The notes: a model not told the origin generated them from the letters alone. Counted from the stretch's first letter, positions 11,165 through 20,546 are shown. The stretch is 64,000 nt of DNA from an uncultured delta proteobacterium (GCA_963828255.1 CAWHDZ010000040.1:224001-288000); one strand, 5' to 3'. Translations and numbers: made by a program.

Positions 11165-13579
11165 ATGCGCATCTCCCTCTCCTGGCTCGCCACCTACGTC
11201 CCGCTGCCGCCCGCCGAGGAGCTGGCGCGGCGTCTCACCGACGTGGGGCTCGAGGTCGAGGCGGTGGAGCGGGTGGGCGCTGCCCTCGACGGCGTGGTGG
11301 CGGCGCGCATCCTCTCGTCGGAGCGCCACCCGGGGGCCGAGAAGCTCTCCGTCTGCCAGGTCGAGGCGGGGCAGGGGGCGGTGCAGGTGGTCTGCGGCGC
11401 CACCAACTGGAAGGTGGGCGACGTGGTCCCGCTGGCCACGCCGGGCACGCGCATGCCGGCCGGGCACCGCATCGACCGGGCCAGCCTCCGCGGCGTGGAC
11501 TCCCACGGCATGCTCTGCTCCGCCCGGGAGCTCGGGCTCTCCGAGGACGCGGCCGGGCTGCTCATCCTCCCCGCCGACGCGATCCCGGGCGCGCCGCTGG
11601 CCCGGGTGCTTGGCATCGAGGATGTCGTCCTCGAGGTGAACGTCACCCCGAACCGCGCCGATGCGCTCTCCCACCTTGGCATCGCCCGCGAGGTGGCCGC
11701 AGCCACCGGCGCGGCGATGGCCTACCCGGAGTCCGGGCTGAAGCAGCAGGCCCCCGCCGCCTCCACCTGCCTCCGGGTCTCCATCGAAGCGCCGGACCGG
11801 TGCTTCCGCTACGCGGCGCGGGTCGTCGAGGGCGTCCGCATCGGCCCGTCGCCGGCCTGGCTGGCCGGGAGGCTCGAGGCATGCGGCGTCCGCTCCATCT
11901 CCAACGTGGTGGACGCCACCAACTTCGTCCTCCTCGAGCGCGGCCAGCCGCTCCACGCCTTCGACCTCGACAAGGTGGCCGGCGCCGAGATCGTGGTCCG
12001 CATGGCCCGGGTGGGCGAGAAGATGGTCACCCTCGACGGAGTGGAGCGGACGCTCTCGCCCGACGACCTCGTCATCGCCGACCGCGACCGGGCCAGCGCG
12101 CTGGCCGGCGTCATGGGCGGCGGCGACTCGGAGATCTCCGCGGGGACCACCCGGGTGCTCCTCGAGTCGGCATGGTTCGAGCCCACCGGAGTGCGCCGCA
12201 CCGCACGCCGGCACGGCTTCCACACCGAGGCCTCCCACCGCTTCGAGCGTGGCGTCGATCCCGAGGGCGTGGTTCCAGCCCTCGACCGCTGCGCGGCCCT
12301 GATCGCCGAGCTCTCGGGCGGCACGGTCCGTCGCGGCGCCGTGGACGTGCACCCGCGCCGCCGCAAGCCGCTCGACGTGGAGCTGCCCTGGGCCCGCCCC
12401 GGCCAGGTGCTGGGGATGCCGGTTTCCCGAAAGGAGGCTCGCACCGCGCTCCTCGCCCTGGGGTTCGAGCTGCGCGCCACCGGCGCGAAGAGCGGGAAGT
12501 TCCGCGTCCCCAGCTGGCGGCTCGACGTGACCCGCGAGGAGGACCTGATCGAGGAGATCGTCCGCCTCCGGGGCTACGACGCCATCCCCGAGACGCTCCC
12601 GGCAGTCATCTCCGATACCCCGGCGCAGCCGCGCGGCGCCCTCGTCACCGAGCGTGCACGGCAGGCGCTCGAGGGCGCGGGCTTCTCCGAGGCGGTGAAC
12701 TTCAGCTTCGTCGCTCCCGACGACCTCCGTCCGCTCGCTCCCGGAGGAGGGCCCACCGGGATCCCCATCCGGAACCCCATCAGCGCCGACCTGGCGGTGA
12801 TGCGCTCGAGCCTGGTGCCGTCGCTGCTGAAGGTGCTCGCCTACAACCGCCGCCAGCGGGTCGAGGACGTCCGGCTCTACGAGATCGCCAGCACCTACCA
12901 CCCGCGCGAGGCGGGGGCGCAGGACGACGCGCCGGCCCGCGAGGACCTGCGCCTGGCGGGCGTGGCCACCGGGCGTCGCCACCCGGTGGGCTGGTCGGCC
13001 GGCGGGGAGCCCCTGGACTTCCACGACCTCAAGGGAGCGCTCGAGGCGTTGCTCGAGTCCCTGGGCATCGACGGGGTCCGCTTCGTCGCCGGGGGCGCGA
13101 CCTTCCTCCATCCGCGCTCGGCCGCCACCCTGGAGTGGACGTCGCCCGGAGGGAGCATGGTGACCCTGGGGGTCGCCGGTGAGGTCCACCCGCGGGTCGC
13201 GGCGGCGTTCGACCTCCCGCGCGGCGTCTTCACCTTCGACCTCTCCTTCCCGGCGCTCGCCGAGGCCGCCCGGCTGGTGCCGGGGCACGCGGGGGTTCCG
13301 CGGTTCCCGGCCGTCCTCCGCGACCTGGCGGTCGTGGTCGCGAGCGAGGTCGAGTCCAGGGCCGTCCTGGAAGGTGTCCGCGCCGAGCCGCTCGTCGAGG
13401 ACGTGACCCTCTTCGACGTCTACAAGGGCGCCCCCATCCCCGAGGGGAAGAAGAACCTCGCCATGGCCATCCGGTACCGTGCGGCCGACCGGACCCTCAC
13501 CGATTCCGAGGCCGACGCGGCCCACGGGCGGATCGTGGACCGCCTGAAGAGCGAGCTCCAGGCGGAGCTCCGGGGCTGA
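11165..13579 (+). CDS. pheT: Phenylalanine--tRNA ligase beta subunit
   Basis: VVCGA.N, GMLCS..ELG, TPNR.D, GQPLHAFD, RFERGVD, and C-terminal FDX-ACB domain. Confidence 0.97.
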   Translation: MRISLSWLATYVPLPPAEELARRLTDVGLEVEAVERVGAALDGVVAARILSSERHPGAEKLSVCQVEAGQGAVQVVCGATNWKVGDVVPLATPGTRMPAGHRIDRASLRGVDSHGMLCSARELGLSEDAAGLLILPADAIPGAPLARVLGIEDVVLEVNVTPNRADALSHLGIAREVAAATGAAMAYPESGLKQQAPAASTCLRVSIEAPDRCFRYAARVVEGVRIGPSPAWLAGRLEACGVRSISNVVDATNFVLLERGQPLHAFDLDKVAGAEIVVRMARVGEKMVTLDGVERTLSPDDLVIADRDRASALAGVMGGGDSEISAGTTRVLLESAWFEPTGVRRTARRHGFHTEASHRFERGVDPEGVVPALDRCAALIAELSGGTVRRGAVDVHPRRRKPLDVELPWARPGQVLGMPVSRKEARTALLALGFELRATGAKSGKFRVPSWRLDVTREEDLIEEIVRLRGYDAIPETLPAVISDTPAQPRGALVTERARQALEGAGFSEAVNFSFVAPDDLRPLAPGGGPTGIPIRNPISADLAVMRSSLVPSLLKVLAYNRRQRVEDVRLYEIASTYHPREAGAQDDAPAREDLRLAGVATGRRHPVGWSAGGEPLDFHDLKGALEALLESLGIDGVRFVAGGATFLHPRSAATLEWTSPGGSMVTLGVAGEVHPRVAAAFDLPRGVFTFDLSFPALAEAARLVPGHAGVPRFPAVLRDLAVVVASEVESRAVLEGVRAEPLVEDVTLFDVYKGAPIPEGKKNLAMAIRYRAADRTLTDSEADAAHGRIVDRLKSELQAELRG

Positions 13580-13670
13580 ACGGCCCGGAACGAACCGTTC
13601 GTTTGACAGGGCGCGCCGATTCAGCTAACGAACACGAGCACTTGGGCGCCGCGGCGCCCGAAGGGGTGAG

Positions 13671-13994
13671 GTGAGCGTGACCAAGGCCGACATCATCGAG
13701 AGCGTCTACGAAAAGGTTGGCTTCTCCAAGAAGGAGGCAGCCGACGTCGTGGAGATGGTGTTCGACACCATCAAGGAGACGCTCGAGCGCGGAGAGAAGA
13801 TCAAGATCAGCGGATTCGGGAACTTCATCGTCCGCGAGAAGAAGTCGCGCGTTGGCCGGAATCCGCAGACGGGGCAGGAGATCGAGATCTCGGCGCGCCG
13901 GGTCCTGACCTTCCGCCCCAGCCAGGTCCTGAAGAACGCGCTGAACGGGGAAGAGGAGTCGCCCCCCGGTCCGGTGGCGCCGCCGGTCGTCTAG
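13671..13994 (+). CDS. ihfA: Integration host factor alpha subunit
   Basis: TKADII...KISGFGNF..REK..R.GRNPQTG; canonical position after pheT. Confidence 0.93.
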   Translation: MSVTKADIIESVYEKVGFSKKEAADVVEMVFDTIKETLERGEKIKISGFGNFIVREKKSRVGRNPQTGQEIEISARRVLTFRPSQVLKNALNGEEESPPGPVAPPVV

Positions 13995-14013
13995 CCACTC
14001 CGCTCCGGGCGCG

Positions 14014-15369
14014 TCAGCGCTCGTCGCGCTCGCCCAGGATCCGGTAGAGCGTCTTCCGGTCGATGCCGAGGATCTCGGCGGCCCGCGTCTTGTTCCCGCC
14101 CGTCTCCTGGAGCACCTGGGTGGCGTAGCGGCGCTCCAGCTCGGCCAGCGAGGGGCGGTCGGAGACGTCGGGCAGCGGAGCCTTCGCGGGGGAGGAGATG
14201 GCGGCGCGAATGGCCTCCGGAAGGTCCTCGGGAACGACCACGCCCGACGGGTTCAGCGCCAGCGCCCGTGCGATCACGTTCTCGAGCTCCCGGACGTTCC
14301 CCGGCCATTCGTGGGCGACCAGGAGCTCGCGCGCCTCGGGGGAGATGGCCGACCCCTCGGCCCGGCCGTGCTTCTGGGCGAAGTGCTCGGCGAGCAGCGG
14401 GATGTCCTCGCGTCGCTCCCGCAGCGGCGGGATGCGGATGCTCACCACGTGGAGCCGGTAGTAGAGGTCGGCGCGGAAGGAGCCCTGCTTCACCGCCGCC
14501 TCCATGTCCCGATTGGTGGCGGCCACGATGCGAACGTCCACCGCGATGGGCTCGTTGGTGCCGACGCGGCGGATGGTCCCCTCCTGGAGCGCGCGCAGCA
14601 GGCGGGCCTGGAGGTTCTGGCCGATGTCGCCGATCTCGTCGAGGAAGAGGGTCCCGTGGTGGGCCTCCTCGAAGAGGCCGCGGCGGGCCACCTGGGCGCC
14701 GGTGAAGGCGCCCCGGGCGTGGCCGAAGAGCTCCGACTCGAGGACCCCCTCGGCGATGGCGCCGCAGTCCACGGCCACGAATGGCCCGGAGGCCCGTGGC
14801 GAGGCGGTGTGGATGGCGCGGGCGACCAGCTCCTTTCCCGTGCCGCTCTCCCCCTGGATGAGGACCGTGGCGTCGGTGGAGGCCACCCGTGCCGCGGTCT
14901 TGTAGACCTGCAGCATGGCTTCGCTGCGCCCCACCACGTTGTCGAGCCGGTAGCGGTCGCGCAGGCCGCGGCGCAGCGCCCGGTTCTCCATGGCAAGCTC
15001 GCGGTGCTGGAGCGCCCGGGCCACCACGATCTGGATGGCGTCCACGTCGTAGGGCTTGGAGAGGTAGTCGGCGGCGCCGCGCCGGATGGCCTCCACCGCG
15101 CCGTCGATGTTCCCGAAGGCGGTGACCAGGATGACCGGCGTGTCGGGGGCGCGCTCCCGGAAGGCGTCGATGACCTGGAGCCCGTCCATCTCGGCCATGC
15201 GGATGTCGGACACCACCAGGTCGGGGTGCTCTCCGGCGTCCAGGGCCGCGACCGCCTCCCTGCCGTCGGAGAGCGCCGTCACCCGGTGCCCCGCGCTGGT
15301 GAGGATCCGGGCGAGGAGGTCGCGGCTCGACTGGTCGTCGTCCACCACCAGGATGTGGGCGGGTTCCAT
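14014..15369 (-). CDS. sigma54-dependent response regulator (NtrC/AtoC/ZraR family)
   Basis: Receiver domain, GESGTGKE Walker A, GAFTGA, WPGNVREL and Fis-type HTH. Confidence 0.95.
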   Translation of the reverse strand: MEPAHILVVDDDQSSRDLLARILTSAGHRVTALSDGREAVAALDAGEHPDLVVSDIRMAEMDGLQVIDAFRERAPDTPVILVTAFGNIDGAVEAIRRGAADYLSKPYDVDAIQIVVARALQHRELAMENRALRRGLRDRYRLDNVVGRSEAMLQVYKTAARVASTDATVLIQGESGTGKELVARAIHTASPRASGPFVAVDCGAIAEGVLESELFGHARGAFTGAQVARRGLFEEAHHGTLFLDEIGDIGQNLQARLLRALQEGTIRRVGTNEPIAVDVRIVAATNRDMEAAVKQGSFRADLYYRLHVVSIRIPPLRERREDIPLLAEHFAQKHGRAEGSAISPEARELLVAHEWPGNVRELENVIARALALNPSGVVVPEDLPEAIRAAISSPAKAPLPDVSDRPSLAELERRYATQVLQETGGNKTRAAEILGIDRKTLYRILGERDER

Positions 15370-15378
15370 CGGGGACTC

Positions 15379-16905
15379 CTATCGTGGAGCCGGGGGAGTG
15401 GAGGGGGGCGCCGGGAGGAGGAGCGTGAAGGTCGCGCCCGCGCCGGGGCTCGACTCCACCTCGATGCGGCCGCGCAGCGCGCCGGCGATCTCCCGGGAGA
15501 TGGCCAGGCCGAGCCCGGTGCCCTTGCCCGCCTCCTTGGTGGTGAAGAACGGCTCGAAGATGTGCTTGCGCGCGTCGGGGGCGATGCCGGGTCCCGTGTC
15601 GGTGACCGAGAGTGCAAGCTGGTCGCCGGTGCGCCGCGCGCGGACGGTGAGGCTGCCGGTCCCGGCCATGGCGTCCACCGCGTTGGAGATGAAGTTGCCG
15701 AGGACGTGACGGACCAGCGAGGGGTCGATGCTGGCCGGTCCCAGGTCGGCCGGGACGTCGCGCCGGACCTCGATGCGCTGGCGGGCCTCCGCCGAGACGT
15801 TGAGGGAGAGGGCCTCGTCCACCAGCGCGCCGAGCTGGACCGGCTCGGGGCGGGGCACCAGCGCCCGCGCGGAGTCGAGGAAGCGCCGGATGATGGCGGT
15901 CATGCGCTGGACCTCGCGCTCGATGACCTGGAACTGGTCGCGCATGCCGGGCGGGCAGGCGGGGTCCCGGGCCAGGAGCTGCACGTGGCCGGAGATGGCG
16001 TTGAGCGGATTCCCCAGCTCGTGGGCGATGGTGCCGGAGAGCTGTCCGAGGGCGGCCAGCCGCTCCTGCGCGGAGCGCTCCCGGCGGGCCTCCATGAGCA
16101 GCTCGTTCAGCTCGGCCAGCTCCCGGTTCTTGCGGGCCAGGTCGGCGGTGGCCTCCTCGACGCGATCCTGCAGCTCCCGGTTGAAGCCGCGCACCCGCCC
16201 CAGCATGGCGTCGAGGCCGCGGGCCAGCGTCCCGATCTCGTCGCGGCGCGCCGTGCCCGGGACGGCGGCGGCGTCGAGGGCGCCCGACTCGACCCCCTCC
16301 ACCGAGCCGGCCAGAGCGGAGAGCGGCTGGACCAGCATCCGGCTGAGGACGAGCGAGAAGGCCAGGAAGATCAGGATGGCGGCGAGAGCCGTGGAGGCCA
16401 CGAAGATCCTGGCCTGGCTGCGCCCCAGCCGCTCGGCCTCGGAGAGGCTGGCCTCGAGCCGGATGGCCGCGACGGGGTGGGAGAAGGAGTCCTTCACGGG
16501 GAGCTCGACCCGGACCACGCGGTCGTCGCCGTCGCCGACCACTTCCGAGACGGTCTGGGCGGGGAAGGAGTAGTCGAGATCCCCGAAGGTGGTCTCGGGT
16601 CCGCTGGGGCCGTACTGCATGCGGACCACGTCGTCCTTGCCCGGCTTCCGGATGATGAGCTCGGCGGAGCGCACGCCGCGGTGCTGCCGGAGGGCGGCGG
16701 CCAGCCGGTCGGCGGCACGGGCCGGGTCGAGGTCCCGGGAGAGGTCGAGGTCGGCGCGGACCGCCCGGGCCACCTCGACGGCCCGGTCGCGCACGGCCGA
16801 CTCGACGGCCCGCGACGCGGCGCCGGCGCCGAGCGCCGCGGCGATCCCCATGGAGAGCACGAGGATCACCGTGAAGAGGGCGATGATCTTTGCTCGGATG
16901 GACAC
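15379..16905 (-). CDS. Membrane sensor histidine kinase (2 TM, HAMP, HisKA, HATPase)
   Basis: Two hydrophobic segments, HAMP (RRDEIG.LA), IAHELGNPL H-box, FEPFFTTK..GKGTGLGL. Confidence 0.93.
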   Translation of the reverse strand: MSIRAKIIALFTVILVLSMGIAAALGAGAASRAVESAVRDRAVEVARAVRADLDLSRDLDPARAADRLAAALRQHRGVRSAELIIRKPGKDDVVRMQYGPSGPETTFGDLDYSFPAQTVSEVVGDGDDRVVRVELPVKDSFSHPVAAIRLEASLSEAERLGRSQARIFVASTALAAILIFLAFSLVLSRMLVQPLSALAGSVEGVESGALDAAAVPGTARRDEIGTLARGLDAMLGRVRGFNRELQDRVEEATADLARKNRELAELNELLMEARRERSAQERLAALGQLSGTIAHELGNPLNAISGHVQLLARDPACPPGMRDQFQVIEREVQRMTAIIRRFLDSARALVPRPEPVQLGALVDEALSLNVSAEARQRIEVRRDVPADLGPASIDPSLVRHVLGNFISNAVDAMAGTGSLTVRARRTGDQLALSVTDTGPGIAPDARKHIFEPFFTTKEAGKGTGLGLAISREIAGALRGRIEVESSPGAGATFTLLLPAPPSTPPAPR

Positions 16906-16926
16906 GGGACCCTGGGTGAAATGGAA

Positions 16927-16954
16927 AGGGCCGGCTGCGATCGCAGCCGGCCCT
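16927..16954 (-). terminator. Perfect 28-bp palindrome, probable intrinsic terminator or stabilising hairpin
   Basis: AGGGCCGGCTGCGA|TCGCAGCCGGCCCT, followed on the minus strand by TTCCATTT; lies 26 nt after the small gene's stop. Confidence 0.7.
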
Positions 16955-16979
16955 CCAAGCTACCAGAATCAGCCGCTGA

Positions 16980-17253
16980 CTACTTGGACGGCTGGGGCTG
17001 CGTCGTGGTGTCCGGCGGGGCCTTCTTGGCCTTCTTCTTGGTCTCCTTCTTCGCCGGGGCCGCGGCGGCCGGCTTGGCGGCCGGGGCAGCGGCGGCCGGC
17101 ATCGGCGGCCGGGGCAGCGGCGGCCGGGGCAGCGGCGGCCGGCGCAGCGGCGGCCGGCGCAGGGGCCGGGGCGGCCGGCTTGGCGGCGGGGGCCTGGGCG
17201 AGGACTGGGAGGGCGAAGGCGACGGCCACGAGGGCGCTGAGGATCTTCTTCAT
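16980..17253 (-). CDS. Small secreted Ala/Pro/Lys-rich protein (about 91 aa if an apparent 2-nt deletion near 17098 is repaired)
   Basis: Signal peptide MKKILSALVAVAFALPVLA-QAP, PAAAA repeats, then ...AKKETKKKAKKAPPDTTTQPQPSK* in a shifted frame. Confidence 0.7.
17076..17163. repeat. 15-bp tandem repeat (GGCGGCCGGGGCAGC, about 6 imperfect copies), one copy 2 nt short
   Basis: Units start at 17076, 17091 (13 nt), 17104, 17119, 17134 and 17149; encodes PAAAA on the minus strand. Confidence 0.8.
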
Positions 17254-17311
17254 TTGGGGTCTTCTCCTTGGGGGTTTTCTGACTGGCGGGTAAAGCTCCA
17301 CCAGGGTCTTT

Positions 17312-17327
17312 AGCAGCGTCCGTGCCA
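17312..17327 (-). promoter_or_regulatory. sigma54 (-24/-12) promoter
   Basis: Minus strand TGGCACGGACGCTGCT: TGGCAC with GG-N10-GC spacing, 58 nt upstream of ATG 17253. Confidence 0.75.
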
Positions 17328-17469
17328 TGACATGGCCCGCCATGGGCGACGTGAAATCGGGCACTTGCGAGGGGGACGCCTGGTCGCCCGCGGGGGACCG
17401 GGGAGTTCTGGGACGCCCCCGGCAGGAAGTGGGTAGGAGTTCCACGGGGTTCGCGACTATAAGGCGCGG

Positions 17470-17856
17470 ATGCCCACCGACTACACCGATCGCAGGACCA
17501 TGCGGCTCGACGTCGAGTTCTACTTCGCCGCCGCCCACCGGCTCCCCCGGTACGAGGGGCCGTGCTTCCGGCTCCACGGGCACAACTACAAGTTCTTCGT
17601 GGGCGTGGAGGGGGAGGTCGATCCGGCCACCGGGATGATCGCCGACTTCGGGAAGATCAAGGAGGTGGTGGCCGAGGAGGTCCTCTCCCGCGCCGACCAC
17701 CGCAACCTGAACGACGTCCTCGACAACCCGACCGCCGAGAACATCGCGCGCTGGATCTGGGAGGTGCTGGCGCCGCGGGTGACCGGCCTCTGCGAGGTGC
17801 GGCTCTACGAGATCCCCGACTGCTGCGTGACCTACCGGGGGCCGGGTGGGCGCTAG
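17470..17856 (+). CDS. queD: 6-carboxytetrahydropterin / 6-pyruvoyltetrahydropterin synthase family
   Basis: F.AAH.L, C..LHGHNY, G...DF, DH..LN, NPTAENIA motifs. Confidence 0.88.
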   Translation: MPTDYTDRRTMRLDVEFYFAAAHRLPRYEGPCFRLHGHNYKFFVGVEGEVDPATGMIADFGKIKEVVAEEVLSRADHRNLNDVLDNPTAENIARWIWEVLAPRVTGLCEVRLYEIPDCCVTYRGPGGR

Positions 17857-18460
17857 GAGGAGGCCTTCGACGGGAGCGGCCGCGGCGGCCGTCGCGCGCT
17901 TCCTCGCGGAGGTGGTCCCGGCCACAGCCCTGAAGGCTGCCGACGTGAGGGGCACGCCGCGCCGCGTGGCCGAGGCCTTCCGCGACGACCTGCTCGACGG
18001 GTACCGGGCGGACCCCGCGGAGATCCTCGGGCAGGCCATGGAGGTCCCGGGGCGTGACCTGGTGGCGCTGGCCGGGATCGACTTCCACGCGGTCTGCCCG
18101 CACCACCTGCTCCCGTACCGGGGCCGCGCCTGCGTGGCCTACGTGCCCGGCGGCCGGGTGGTGGGATTCGGCGTGCTGGCCCGGCTGGTGGACTGCTTCG
18201 CCCACCGCCTGGTCATCCAGGAGGTCCTGGCCCGCCAGGTGGCCGATGCGCTGGTGGCCCACCTGGGAGCGCGCGGCGCGGCCTGCATCCTCGACGCGGA
18301 GCAGATGTGCCTCACGGTGAGGGGCGAGCGGCGCCGCGAGGCCAGGGCCCACGCCCAGGCCTTCGCCGGGTCGATGGCCCGGAGCGCGGCCTGGCAGCGG
18401 CGGGTCCTCGGCATCGCCGCGGGCCAGCCCACCTCGGCTCAGGGGAGGAGACGCCGGTGA
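17846..18460 (+). CDS. folE: GTP cyclohydrolase I (FolE)-like protein with divergent active-site motifs
   Basis: TPRRVA, CPHHLLPY.G, RL.IQE, C...RG; T-fold FolE layout. Confidence 0.75.
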   Translation: MGARRRPSTGAAAAAVARFLAEVVPATALKAADVRGTPRRVAEAFRDDLLDGYRADPAEILGQAMEVPGRDLVALAGIDFHAVCPHHLLPYRGRACVAYVPGGRVVGFGVLARLVDCFAHRLVIQEVLARQVADALVAHLGARGAACILDAEQMCLTVRGERRREARAHAQAFAGSMARSAAWQRRVLGIAAGQPTSAQGRRRR

Positions 18461-19155
18461 CCGGGGGGCCTGCCGGGAGGCTCGACGGCCGGACCGCCAT
18501 CGTCACCGGCGGTGGAAGGGGCATCGGGGCCGCGGTGGCCCGGGAGCTGACCCGGCGTGGGGCGCGGGTGACCGTCTTCGCGCGAAGCGCTCCCGAGGTC
18601 GACGAGGTGGTGGCGTCGGGGGGGGCGGCGCTGGCCGTCGCCGGCGACGTGTCGGTGGAGGCCGACGTGGTGCGCCTGCGCGCCTCGCACGAGCGGGTGC
18701 TCGGCCCCTGCGACGTGCTGGTCCACGCCGCCGGGATCCTGGTGCGTGGACGCGTCGAGGTCCTCGAGCCGGCCGCCTGGCGCCGCGTGCTCGAGGTGAA
18801 CCTCACCGGGGCCTTCCTCCTGGCGCGCGCGGTGCTGCCGGGGATGCGCGCGCGGGGCCGGGGGCGCATCCTGGCCATCGCCTCCATCTCCGCCCATGTG
18901 GGGACGGCCGAGGGGTCGGCCTACAACGCCTCGAAGTGGGGGCTGGTCGGCTTCGCGAAGAGCCTGGCCGAGGAGGTGCGCGGCTCCGGCGTCCAGGTGA
19001 TGACCATCTCTCCGGGCGGGGTGGCAACGCGCATGCTGGCGCAGACCCCGTTCCCGCCCGCCATGGAGGCGGACGACGTGGCCCGGGTGGTGGGCTGGTG
19101 CGCCGCGGAGGCGCCGGACGCGATGAGCGGGAGCGACGTGGAGGTGTTCGGGTGA
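18457..19155 (+). CDS. Short-chain dehydrogenase/reductase
   Basis: TGGGRGIG, HAAG and YNASK motifs; GTGA overlap with the upstream gene. Confidence 0.88.
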   Translation: MTGGPAGRLDGRTAIVTGGGRGIGAAVARELTRRGARVTVFARSAPEVDEVVASGGAALAVAGDVSVEADVVRLRASHERVLGPCDVLVHAAGILVRGRVEVLEPAAWRRVLEVNLTGAFLLARAVLPGMRARGRGRILAIASISAHVGTAEGSAYNASKWGLVGFAKSLAEEVRGSGVQVMTISPGGVATRMLAQTPFPPAMEADDVARVVGWCAAEAPDAMSGSDVEVFG

Positions 19156-20546
19156 CGGCGGGGACGGGGACCGCGGCGGCCTTCGAGGAGCTGCGGGCCG
19201 CCTTCCCGGCCGGGCGGCTGGTCGAGGACGCGGAACGGCTCGCCGTGTACGGCACGGACGAGTCCGACCTGGGGGTCTTCCCACCAGGACTGGTGGTGAA
19301 GGTGGAGTCGGCCGAGGAGGTGCGCACCGTCTTCGCCGTCGCCTCGCGCCACCGGGTCCCGGTGGTGCCCATCTCGGCGCGCACCGGGAAGTCGGGAGGG
19401 TCGCTCGCCATCCACGGCGGCATCGGGGTGTCGGTGGAGCGGATGGACCGCATCCTCGAGATCCGGCCCGGCGACCTCACCGCCCGGCTCCAGCCCGCGG
19501 TGATCACCGGCGTGTTCCAGGCCGAGGTGGAGAAGCACGGGCTCTTCTACCCGCCCGATCCCAACTCCCTCGACACCTGCACCATCGGCGGAAACGTGGC
19601 CGAGAACGCCGGGGGGCCCCGGGCGCTCCGCTACGGCGTCACGCGGGAGTACGTGCTCGGCCTCGAGGTGGTGATCCCCACCGGCGAGATCCTCCGGGTG
19701 GGGCGGCAGACCATCAAGGGCGTGGCTGGCTACGACCTCACCGCGCTCTTCGTGGGGAGCGAGGGGACGCTCGGCATCGTCACCGAGGTGACGGTGAAGC
19801 TCCTGCCGCGCCCGCGCCACGTGGCCACCGCGCTGGTCTGCTTCCCCGACCTGGACACCGCGGCCCGGGCGGTGAGCCGCGTGCTGGCCGAGGGGGTCAT
19901 CCCGCGCTGCCTCGAGCTCATCGACGACGTCTCGGTCCAGGCCATCGCGAAGGGCTCGCCGTTCCAGCTGCCGCCCGGCGCCGGCGCGGCGCTCCTCTTC
20001 GAGACCGACGGCAACGACGAGGAGCAGGTCTTCGCGGAGATGGCCCGGGTGGCCGAGATGGTCCGGGGCAGCGCCTCGGGCGAGGTGATCGTCGCCCAGA
20101 ACGAGGCCCAGCGCCGGGACATCTGGGAGACCCGCAAGTACCTGTCGGTGGCCCTGAAGAAGCTCGCCACGGCCAAGCTCTCCGAGGACGTCGCGGTGCC
20201 CCGCTCGCGCATCCCCGAGATGGTGGCGCGCAGCCGGGAGATCGGGAAGGTCCACGGCCTGCTGGTCGCCACCTACGGCCACGCCGGGGACGGAAACCTC
20301 CACTGCAACGTGCTCTTCGACGGCGAACGCCAGCGGGAGGCCGCCGAGGCGGCCGTCGCCGACATCCTCAGGGCCGCCGTGGACATGGGCGGGACGATCA
20401 CCGGGGAGCACGGGGTGGGGCTCGCAAAGCGGGACTTCCTCGAGTACGAGCAGGGCGCGGCGGTTCTCGGGCTGGAGCGGCGCCTCAAGGCGACCTTCGA
20501 TCCGCTGGGGATCCTGAACCCGGGGAAGATGTTCCCGGAATCCTGA
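19152..20546 (+). CDS. FAD-linked oxidase (GlcD / D-lactate dehydrogenase family)
   Basis: YPPDP.S, TIGGNVAENAGG, GSEGTLG, GHAGDGNLH, GEHGVG, LNPGK motifs. Confidence 0.92.
   Translation: MTAGTGTAAAFEELRAAFPAGRLVEDAERLAVYGTDESDLGVFPPGLVVKVESAEEVRTVFAVASRHRVPVVPISARTGKSGGSLAIHGGIGVSVERMDRILEIRPGDLTARLQPAVITGVFQAEVEKHGLFYPPDPNSLDTCTIGGNVAENAGGPRALRYGVTREYVLGLEVVIPTGEILRVGRQTIKGVAGYDLTALFVGSEGTLGIVTEVTVKLLPRPRHVATALVCFPDLDTAARAVSRVLAEGVIPRCLELIDDVSVQAIAKGSPFQLPPGAGAALLFETDGNDEEQVFAEMARVAEMVRGSASGEVIVAQNEAQRRDIWETRKYLSVALKKLATAKLSEDVAVPRSRIPEMVARSREIGKVHGLLVATYGHAGDGNLHCNVLFDGERQREAAEAAVADILRAAVDMGGTITGEHGVGLAKRDFLEYEQGAAVLGLERRLKATFDPLGILNPGKMFPES

Noticed and set aside
13995..14013. Expected MerR-family gene or tRNA after ihfA
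   Set aside because: Only 19 nt separate ihfA from the convergent regulator, and I saw no cloverleaf here or in other spacers.
17076..17163. Repeat array as a possible CRISPR
   Set aside because: Units are contiguous 15-mers with no spacers, they encode PAAAA, and no cas genes are present.
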